Shown piece by piece: positions 11,493-22,400 of a DNA stretch of 64,000 nt. Both the position numbers and the translations under genes were made by a program. This DNA is from Macrostomum lignano. Its lineage: Eukaryota. The notes under the pieces are model-generated. The model had not been told where the DNA came from. It worked only from the letters and a program-made list of their open reading frames with translations, and made no database searches. The DNA is taken from positions 1 through 64,000 of the forward strand of contig NIVC01001863.1 of NCBI GenBank assembly GCA_002269645.1, read 5' to 3'. Numbering within the stretch: position 1 is the stretch's first letter; each line of letters begins with the position of its first letter.

Positions 11493-14400
11493 CTAGGCCG
11501 CGCCGCTGAGCTGCAGCTGTCGCAGCTTCTCGATCAGCTGAGCCACGGTCAGCATGGCCCTGCTCAGGTGCAGCATCAAGTCGTTCAGCCAGGGCACCAC
11601 GGCCTGTCCGTGGTAGCGGCCGCTGATGTCGTAGGATTTTGTCCGGGTGTTGTAGTGCAGGAAGTACACAGCCAGCACCAGGCGGCGACCGCTGACGTAC
11701 ATCGACAGGCTCATGTCGTTGGGCACCGGGGGATGGAACACCTCCTGTTTGATGCGTTCATCATCAGCACTAATTAAGATCAAGAATATGCAAAATGCTC
11801 TCATAATGAATTCTGGAGCAGGCAATGAGATAATAGAGAACGCTAGAGAACACGCAACAGAATATCAATTATAACACCGATTATAAAACTCATTAGAACA
11901 CTAATTAGAACACCGAATACAACATCAATTAAAACACTTGTTAGATCAGAACACCAATTAGAACATTAATCAGAACAATAATCAGAACACCAATTAGAAC
12001 ACCAATTAGAACACTATTCAGAATACCAATTAGAACACTAATTAGAACACTATTCAGAATACCAATTAGAACATTGATCAGAATACCAATTAGAACACTA
12101 ATCAGAACACCAATCAGAACACTTATTAGAACACTAATCAGAACACCAATTAGAACACTTATTAGAACACTAATCAGAACACCAATTAGAGCATTAATCA
12201 GAACACTAATCAGAACACTAATCAGAACACCAATTAGAACACCAATTAGAACACTATTCAGAATACCAATTAGAACATTAATCAGAACAATAATCAGAAC
12301 ACCAATTAGAACACCAATTAGAACACTATTCAGAATACCAATTAGAACATTGATCAGAATACCAATTAGAACACTAATCAGAACACCAATTAGAACACTT
12401 ATTAGAACACTAATCAGAACACCAATTAGAACACTTATTAGAACCCTAATCAGAACACCAATTAGAGCATTAATCAGAACACTAATCAGAACACTAATCA
12501 GAACACCAATTAGAACACTTATTAGAACACTAATCAGAACACCAATTAGAACACTAATCAGAACACCAATTAGAACACCAATTAGAACACCATTCAGAAT
12601 ACCAATTAGAACATTGATCAGAATACCAATCAGAACACTAATCAGAACACTAATCAGAACATTAATCAGAACATCAATTAGAACACTGATCAGAACACCA
12701 ATTAGAACACAGATCAGAACACTAATCAGAACACTAATCAGAACACCAATTAGAACACCAATTAGAACACTATTCAGAATACCAATTAGAACATTGATCA
12801 GAATACCAATTAGAACACCAATTAGAACATTAATCAGAACACAAATTAGAACACTGATCAGAACACCAATTAGAACACTAATCAGAACACTAATCAGAAC
12901 ATTAATCAGAACATCAATTAGAACACTACTAATTAGAACACCAATTAGAACACCAATCAGAACATCAATTAGAACACTAATTAGAACACTGATTAGAACA
13001 CCAATCATAACACCAATTCAAAAATTTACAAGAACAGCCACAAGAAAGGCGGGCTTCCCCACCTTGTGCCGGCTGTGCGCGAGCTCCTCAACGGATTTCT
13101 TCTGCGGCAGCACCACGTGGTCCCGCGCGGACTTCAGGCAGGCAAAAATTCGGTCCAGGGTCTCGAGGGTCCGCGCCGGCTCGGACTGGCAGCCGACCTC
13201 GCAGGCCTGCTGGATGCAGAGCTTGGCGGCCTGGAGGGTGCTGCCGCAGCCGATGAGCTGCGGATTTGGCAGATTTGTGGGCCGCTCAGGTGAGCTTCTC
13301 AGCGCGAATCCTCTAGATGAGTTCCGATGTCTCTACCGGTAGATGTGCCCAGATGTCTAGAGGGGAATTACAATCTCATGAAAAATCGCAAGGGCGTCTA
13401 AAAAGTTTTCACTGTCTTTAGAGAGGCCGGGCTTAGAGGTCAAAAGAAGATCTCCAGAGGTCTCAAGATTGTCTTGCGACGTTTCAGAGTCTTTAGAGGG
13501 GTCTCAGTCTCGTGTTCTCTGTCCAGATGTCCAAGTGTCTATAGATGGGTATCAGTGCTGTCTGTAGATGTCCAATGGTATCTATAGGCCCCAGAGTACA
13601 CTGAGTCGCCGGCAGAATACTCTATATGCTATATGCAGTGCATGTTTTCAACAGACAAGTATTGTAATCGATAGAGTATTTGCGTGCACAAAAATGCACA
13701 CAGAATACTTCTGGAAGGTTCGTAAACAGAGTTCAGCCAGAGTAATAAAAGAGCAGGTTGCTTCAAGGCGCATTGCTGAATTGCGATATGGTTTGAAACT
13801 GCTGAAAGCAGCAGAACCGCGGCTCGTGAGGGCGGCGGTGGGTGTGGGGGCAGAACCGGTCCGAAGCAGAGTTGGGCTGCATTTCTGCTTGCAGTTGCTT
13901 CTTTTGCGACAGATCGAGCGGTTGAGGAGACAAACCCGCAGAGGGCGGTGCAACTGCCAGCAGCGCCCAACCCTCGGCCAGGGGAGGGGGGGGGTTCGGG
14001 AGTTCCTGCACAGCTCACTCACAGCTGCCCCTACACGCCTCCCCGGCCGAGGCAAGGGCGAAGCCAGCCGGACAGTGCACGATCCCCAGCAGCGCCCAGT
14101 GACAAAATTATAACTCCAAAAATGAGCTCACCTGCTGCAGCTTGTAGGAACTGCCTTCGGCTATGCCGCAGCGGTAGAACTGCTTGAAGGGGCTCTCGAC
14201 GCTGATGTCCTGCGGCGCAAGGGAGAGGTCGGTTCTACATTATTCACACAGTGGCTTTGGTCATTCACACACTGGCTTTGGTCATTCACGCACTGGCTTT
14301 GGTCATTCACACACTGGCTTTGGTCATTCACGCATTGGCTTTGGTCATTCACGCACTGGCTTTGGTCATTCACACACTGGCTTTGGTCATTCACGCACTG

Positions 14401-17311
14401 GCTTTGGTCATTCACACACTGGCTTTGGTCATTCACGCATTGGCTTTGGTCATTCACACAGTGGCTTTGGTCATTCACACACTGGCTTTGGTCATTCACG
14501 CACTGGCTTTGGTCATTCACGCACTGGCTTTGGTCATTCACACACTGGCTTTGGTCATTCACGCACTGGCTTTGGTCATTCACGCACTGGCTTTGGTCAT
14601 TCACACACTGGCTTTGGTCATTCACGCACTGGCTTTGGTCATTCACACACTGGCTTTGGTCATTCACGCACTGGCTTTGGTCATTCACACACTGGCTTTG
14701 GTCATTCACACACTGGCTTTGGCCATTCACACACTGGCTTTGGCCATTCACGCACTGGCTTTGGTCACACACACTGGCTTTGGTCATTCACGCACTGGCT
14801 TTGGTCATTCACACACTGGCTTTGGTCATTCACGCACTGGCTTTGGTCATTCACACACTGGCTTTGGCCATTCACGCACTGGCTTTGGTCATTCACACAC
14901 TGGCTTTGGTCATTCACGCATTGGCTTTGGTCATTCACGCACTGGCTTTGGCCATTCACACACTGGCTTTGGCCATTCACGCACTGGCTTTGGTCATTCA
15001 CACACTGGCTTTGGTCATTCACGCACTGGCTTTGGTCATTCACACACTGGCTTTGGTCATTCACGCACTGGCTTTGGTCATTCACACACTGGCTTTGGTC
15101 ATTCACGCACTGGCTTTGGTCATTCACACACTGGCTTTGGTCATTCACACACTGGCTTTGGTCATTCACACACTGGCTTTGGCCATTCACGCACTGGCTT
15201 TGGTCATTCACACACTGGCTTTGGTCATTCACGCATTGGCTTTGGTCATTCACGCACTGGCTTTGGCCATTCACACACTGGCTTTGGCCATTCACGCACT
15301 GGCTTTGGTCATTCACGCACTGGCTTTGGTCATTCACGCACTGGCTTTGGTCATTCACACACTGGCTTTGGTCATTCACGCACTGGCTTTGGTCATTCAC
15401 ACACTGGCTTTGGTCATTCACGCACTGGCTTTGGTCATTCACACACTGGCTTTGGTCATTCACACACTGGCTTTGGTCATTCACGCACTGGCTTTGGCCA
15501 TTCACACACTGGCTTTGGCCATTCACGCACTGGCTTTGGTCATTCACGCACTGGCTTTGGTCATTCACGCACTGGCTTTGGCCATTCACACACTGGCTTT
15601 GGTCATTCACGCACTGGCTTTGGTCATTCACGCACTGGCTTTGGTCATTCACGCATTGGCTTTGGTCATTCACACACTGGCTTTGGTCATTCACACACTG
15701 GCTTTGGTCATTCACACACTGGCTTTGGTCATTCACGCACTGGCTTTGGTCATTCACACACTGGCTTTGGCCATTCACGCACTGGCTTTGGTCATTCATA
15801 CACTGGCTTTGGTCATTCACACACTGGCTTTGGCCATTCACGCACTGGCTTTGGTCATTCATACACTGGCTTTGGTCATTCATACACTGGCTTTGGTCAT
15901 TCATACACTGGCTTTGGTCATTCACGCACTGGCTTTGGTCATTCACGCACATGTATATCATTCACGCATCCAACTATCGGTCACCATTTAGGAATGAGCA
16001 TTCACTCTTTGACTAGAAGTTCATTCTAAATACAATAAAGTATAGGCTAAGAGTACAGTTGGAACTTACTGCTTCTGTTATCTCGTCTCCATTGAGAGTG
16101 ACTACTGCTTTGAGACTGCATTGTCTAAAATTTAGCAACATTGAGATTAAAGTTAAGATAAACAAATTTGCACTGGTACCATTAGACATTCTGGGTACTC
16201 ACTCATTGGGAGTGAACAGAAATTTACTGGCAGGTTGGGCAAGCTTCTTTTCAGACTGGTCCACAATAACTTGCAACTGTTGTAAAGTGGCAATGTACTC
16301 ACGCTCAAGAAGCCAAGCCAGCTCATCCATTGCTGTGGATAGAATATTTTAACATAAATTTTTTGTATTATTGTACTAAATTTATAAATTTAAACTAAAT
16401 TGCATTAAAGTGTTTTGCTTTTGTCTTATAAACAAAAATGCTTCCAAAATTCTTTAAAATTATGTTGAAATAGCTAAAATACATGTCTAGAACAAATAGA
16501 AAACTGTTTTCAGTGATAGATATAGTAGTTTGAAAATAAAATATGAAAGAAATCAGAAATTTTTATTTTGTTTTTTTCAAATATAGTATACTACCATATA
16601 GAATAATCACAATCAGAATTTAATTTTTTAAACAGTTTTTTATCTATCTTTGTATAACTAGTAATGGTATATTATTAACTTTAGTCCTCATCTAATATGC
16701 TTTTAATCTAGCATAAAATAGTGAAATACAAAAGCTGCATGACATCACCATAGCCATGGGCTGATAGCATAGCAATTAGCAATGATTAAAAAACAGTCAT
16801 GTTTACATTGATTGATTATTAGACATTATTAAGGAAGAAAAGTATCATGTCCAGGCGCAAATTAGAAATTTTTGAACGGGGCGCAGATTACCAAGGTAGT
16901 TTTGATTTGATTTGATTTTGATTATTTATTTATTCAATTATTCAGGTCGTATTACGCAGAGAAAAGAAAAAACTCTATGGGCGCACACACCCTTTGTGCG
17001 CTACCCCTGAATTCACTACTGATAATGTCTTGCTACACCTAAATCTGGAATGCCTATACTCTTCAATAAGAGCAATATGCACGTTCATTCGGCATTCGCT
17101 AAGCGAACATGTCATTAGATAGCGGCTTCCGTTGAAATTCCGTTATTCTGTTATTGGGTCTAAGTTATTTCTTAGAAAATCGAATTATTGTAAAGTTTCC
17201 GCTATTGAAAACGTTTAAACACATTTGAAGTCATCTCCGAATGTTATGCTCTGAAATAACCCTCTTGTAATTTTAAATTAATTTTAAACTAATTGAATTA
17301 CCTTTTGCCAT
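11493..17311 (-). CDS. ROGDI: Rogdi (RAV2-like) leucine-zipper protein, ~239 aa
   Basis: Exons 17311-17302 (MAK, tentative), 16332-16203 (MDELAWLLERE...), 16124-16070 (LKAVVTLNGDEITEA), 14209-14132 (DISV...YKLQQ), 13257-13063 and 11744-11493 (FHPPVPNDMSLSMYVSGRRLVLAVY...VVPWLNDLM). All junctions are GT-AG and in phase. The motifs match my recollection of Rogdi family motifs (FRWLL, LTLQGD, WKLQQIQD, VPWLND). Confidence 0.88.
11880..13015. repeat. 12-bp minisatellite (agaacaccaatt)n filling a Rogdi intron
   Basis: Direct tandem copies; source of the spurious IGVL/IRTP ORFs. Confidence 0.92.
14240..15950. repeat. 21-bp minisatellite (cattcacacactggctttggt)n filling a Rogdi intron
   Basis: About 80 copies between the 14209 acceptor and the 16070 donor. 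Confidence 0.95.
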
Positions 17312-17359
17312 AATCATCAAGAATTACGACCAAATCGCAGAATAGCTCTTTTTTGCTTC

Positions 17360-17787
17360 TGAGGTGGGGGTGGAGAAGAAAGGATATCTGGTCGGTCGGT
17401 TTGAAAATTTGCTGACACCAATGAGGTGGGGCGGATTCCTCGTTTGAATTGCCGCCGGCGTTGTTGAAACACGAATAAAGCCGGAAACTCGCGCAGATAA
17501 TCTCAATGAATTTCTTCTCCTTTTACTCCGACAGCCGGGTTCTCAAGTCCGGGGGGAGGGTAGTTGTAATCGTAGCGGAGCGGTCGTAGAGCGGCACGGA
17601 CGTTCAGATGTAGAACACAGGAGATTCTGACTCCGTAAATTAATGCGTCGATGAGTTGAACTTGTTACTTTTAGTAGGGTAGTTGCTGCCACCACCGTAA
17701 TTTACGTATTACGGAACGTTAATGTCTCAGAGCTTCTTGGAGATGAGAACTTGGTTCGTTTTACGCCCCGTGGGCAAATAACTCAAG
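17360..17787 (-). promoter_or_regulatory. ~430-bp dispersed repeat copy A with GC-box, CCAAT and CACCC motifs, just upstream of the tentative Rogdi ATG
   Basis: Reverse complement aligns along its length to 38438-38858. Contains ccgccccacctcattgg and ccacccccacctc. Confidence 0.55.
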
Positions 17788-18129
17788 ATAGGCTATGGGC
17801 TTAATGAATTAGTTATGGAACAATATAAGCGAAATATTATTATTATTATTATTATTGTTTAACTGAATATTATAGTAAAGACGATTATGGCTTAGCAGGC
17901 AGGTGGAAGTTAATTAAGCACGACGAAGATAATTACTCGAACAGAGCCGCGGTGCACTAAAAGATTAAGATACGACTTATAAAAGTATTACTAAGTCAGT
18001 CAGTCGGTCCGGGAGCCGGGCGGAGGCTTCCTTAAAGAAAAGTTGAGAGTGTTTGAGAGAGGGAGAGCGCGAGTTTGAGCGTTAGTTTTTGAGCGAGAGT
18101 TGAGAAGCATGCAAATAAATAGATAACAA

Positions 18130-19499
18130 AAAAACAAACAATAACAGGGGCGAAAGTTGGACTGGCAGCTGGGCAACGGGTTGGACAAAAGGTTGGGCAC
18201 CAGGTTGGACAGAGGCGGTAACGCAGAAAATAAACCGGAAAGAAAAACAACAAGAGTGGGGAAACGTTGCTTCAAAGGTGGGACAGATGGGAGGAACAAA
18301 ATTGGGAACGAGAAGACAACCTGTGAAAAAAATGACGAATTATCAACCGTTGACAGATTACGCAAAAATTCCGGGTGTTGGGGCACATGATTAAAGTTCA
18401 AATTAGTAAATTGAACAAAAAATAATTCCTATACCAAAGTGGCAACCCGACTGCCACACTTCCACCACCTTCAAATGAAATGAAATATTAAACATTTTGC
18501 GGGACTCAAGTTCGTCAATCTGTGTTAATACACCAAATCGGTCTGTGAATGAACTTTATCAAAACGTGCCTAAAGGCCAAAAACAGTGTAAAACAGTAAA
18601 ATTGCTAAACTTTTTTCATCCAATCACATCGTCACCTATGAAGATTATTAATTTGTATTCAACTTTTAAATTTATCATAAACTCGTCAGGCTCTATCTAT
18701 CTGGCTATCCTCAGTAATTTTAGGTCATTGAGCCATTACTATAATATAGTAAAAGATTAAATTTCTCAAATTCTGTCATCATTTGTTCGATCTGGTTTTG
18801 TCAAAGATGTCTGGATGCAAATCAGACAAATAAATACAAAAAAACAAACAATTTGGACTGGCAGCTAACGGGTTGGACAAAAGGTTTTGTAACGCAGAAA
18901 ATAAACCGGAAAGAAAAACAACAAGAGTGGGGAAACGTTGCTTCAAAGGTGGGACAGATGGGAGGAACAAAATTGGGAACGAGAAGACAACCTGTTGACG
19001 AATTATCAACCGTTGACAGATTACGCAAAAATTCCGGGTGTTGGGGCACATGATTAAAGTTCAAATTAGTAAATTGAACAAAAAATAATTCCTATACCAA
19101 AGTGGCAACCCGACTGCCACACTTCCACCACCTTCAAATGAAATGAAATATTAAACATTTTGCGGGACTCAAGTTCGTCAATCTGTGTTAATACACCAAA
19201 TCGGTCTGTGAATGAACTTTATCAAAACGTGCCTAAAGGCCAAAAACAGTGTAAAACAGTAAAATTGCTAAACTTTTTTCATCCAATCACATCGTCACCT
19301 ATGAAGATTATTAATTTGTATTCAACTTTTAAATTTTATCATAAACTCGTCAGGCTCTATCTATCTGGCTATCCTCAGTAATTTTAGGTCATTGAGCCAT
19401 TACTATAATATAGTAAAAGATTAAATTTCTCAAATTCTGTCATCCATTTGTTCGATCTGGTTTTGTCAAAGATGTCTGGATGCATCAGACAAATAAATA
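18130..19499 (+). repeat. Tandem duplication (~700 + ~660 bp) of the upstream region and first codons of the Delta-like gene
   Basis: 18130-18837 and 18838-19499 are near identical. Both end in ...gtcaaagATGTCTGGATGC(aa)ATCAGACAAATAAATAC. Confidence 0.88.
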
Positions 19500-22400
19500 C
19501 TGTCCTTTTTATTGCATTTGTACTTGTCAATTTATTTGCTTTGGATTTGGCTTATAGACCAAAGGTAAGTATAAAGCTTTTTTGTTTTGTTTTTTTTTCA
19601 TTTTCAGCCTTTTTTATTGGAATTGTATTCATACATGCGCAACCTCCAAAATTCGGTCGGCCATGCGACTTAGTTTTAACAAAAATGCGACATAGTTTTT
19701 GGCCAAAAGTGCGACTTACATGTAAAAAAACCTAAAGCAAAATTAACGCAACTTTGGGTAAACGGCAAGAGTAACTATGACTGTCTTATAAGGCCAAAAT
19801 GCCTCGTCAGCTACTTAGTACTACTACTTGGTTTTTTGGGTGGGCATTTTTGCGACTTCCTTGGTTCACCACCAAATAGGTCGGCCGGATCGGCCGACTC
19901 GGCCGACTGTTGCGCATGTATGATTGTATTGATTAAAATTAAATTGTGATTAAATTTAAAGGGCCTGTCAATTTGTCTTAGCTTTTAAAGTGGGGTCTGA
20001 GTAACCCATGCTATGTATACAAATGATGGGTGCTGGTCATTTTGTCAATTGGTATTTTATCAAATAGTTTACAAAAAAGTGATTATTTGGCAGGGGTAGC
20101 AGTATTTGCTATTGATGAAGTGACCAAGTTTAGAGGTCTTATTGATTGGTCAGTTGATAAAGTGATTAAGAATAAGATCCACACTCCGGATCATGTAGTA
20201 TATACCCAAACATTTAGGCATGCATTGGCCTTGTATGCCAAAAGTAGGCACGCATAGTTGGCATATATCACTCCTAAGAAAATATACCTTACGTGCACTT
20301 TGTAGAATCATGCAGAAGAATTATTGTAGAGTAGAAGAAAGATAAAAAAGTTCATTTTTAAGCATAAATTTCCTGCTTTCCAGGTTTTTAAGCTTGTAAT
20401 AAGGCATTTAAACAACTCTTTACATGTATCAATTTTCCACTATAAATAGTATCACCAAAAAAGCAGAAAAATTAACCAAATTATTTGTCAAAAAGGGTCT
20501 ATTATGCAATGAAAAAAGGTAATTTATTGTCACAATACTGGCAAAGTTTTAAGAATGGGTGTGCACTTAATTTTTTTGGCATGCATTTGTAACTATCAAT
20601 TTTTGTTCGGGCATGCACCTATCATGATCCAGACTATAGACTAAGATCAATGGCTTCCCAATTGACAAAATGAAATGAATTTTAAATTATAGTTATTCTT
20701 GAAATAGCCTTTCTTTTCTTTTGTTATAGTTCAATGAATTTTTATATTTACAAAATTCAAATATACATACGTATTTTAGAAACAATATGTCAATTGCAGT
20801 ATGGTACAATTTGAAATTTATTAACCTGCTTTACCCACTTCATATATGTAAGAGTTTAATAGAAGAATTCTTGGCGCACATCCAGCCATGAACATATACA
20901 CAATATTGCATTGCATAATATATACATAATGCATAATTTATTAAGTGACCATCATTTTAAAGTATTTGAAAAGGTAATTTTTAGTATATTGGACTATAAT
21001 ACTATATTCTTATCTAAGAATATCTACCTAGATCTAATAAAATATGACATGATTTTCATTTAAGTCTAAATTAAACATTGGTTTAGTAAATTTGTCCAAA
21101 TGCCCCTTTGTTTGAATTACTTTTTCTGTTAACAATATAATCTAGGGTCTAGATTGTATAATTTGGTATATGCTAGAGCTAAAATCCTATCATAGCTAAA
21201 TGCATACCTATGTATGCCAAAAATGGAAAATTGCAATCTTTTAGATAACAATCACTAAATAAAGTGACAACCAACTAAATAAATATTTTAAATAGTATAA
21301 AGTAGAGCTTTTAAAACACTAGTCTTATTACAAATAGTTTCTAGATATTCAAGAGTTCAAGCATTCAGGGAGCCAATGATTCTAGCACCTCTTTTATAAA
21401 TTAGCACCTTAATGTATTATATTAGTTTGGGATAACAATAACAATCATTATAATATGAAAATTGCCCTAAAATGATTAAGTTGCAAAAGTATAGCTTTTC
21501 TTGTCTTCAGCCTTTAGTCTTGTCTTTAGTCATGCTGAGTCTTAAACCATTTGTATGCAAAAAAAATCGATAAAATCGAGCAACAGAAAAAAGAAGCTCT
21601 AATTAAATATTTCTAAATTCCCACCTAGGCTACAGAATTTGCTGGAGTTCTGCACATCCGCCTGGACTATTACCGGCAGAAGGATCCAAACCACTGTGAC
21701 CAGGGCCTGCTTGTTATTAAGGATCTGTGCGATCCCTACTTCATTGTGACTGCTGGCCCTATCGGCAGGAGAGCTCTGACCAGCTTCGAGTCCAAGCCAG
21801 TGGACAATGCGCACCGAGTGCTTCAGTTTGGCAACAAAATCGGACAGCTCTCAAATCCGCTGCGATTCTGGTTTAAAGACTCTGATGAACTGGGTGACCT
21901 GCTGGACATTAAGGTGCGGAGTTGATGCAGCTGCAGGGATGCTGGGGCTGAGTGGTGCAGACACTGATAAGCTGTGCCTAATCCCAATCCTGACCTCTCC
22001 CACAGGTCACTGTGAAAGACCACGACCCGCTGACCCCCGACGAGCTAATAGAGCAGTTCCGCTGGACGCTGCCGCTCGCCAACCTCACAACTGGGGTGCT
22101 GGACTCCCGCTTCATCGTCAGCTTCAACGCAACGCAGCCGAGCTCCGCCCTGCTGACCGGCGCGCTGGCCAGGGGCGACCAGCTGTCCCTGCACGCCTGG
22201 GTCTCCTGCCGGCCTGGCCGCGCCGGCCCCGCCTGTCGAGTCGCCTGCACGCCCGGTCGGCCGGCCGAGGAGGGCGGCTTCGGCTGCGACTTGGCAACCG
22301 GCCAGCGCGTCTGCCTGCCCGGCTTCCTCGACCCCGACGCCGGCTGCTCGCGCCGCGACCCCTGCGCCGACGCCTCGGCGGCTTGCCAGCACGGCGGCAT

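Noticed and set aside
11941-16029. Long ORFs IGVLISVL, IRTPIRTL, GFGHSHT, CVNDQSQ
   Set aside because: Stop-free minisatellites inside Rogdi introns.
19756-19819. rRNA gene
   Set aside because: Only ~64 bp of degenerate 28S similarity inside a MITE; reported as a finding instead.
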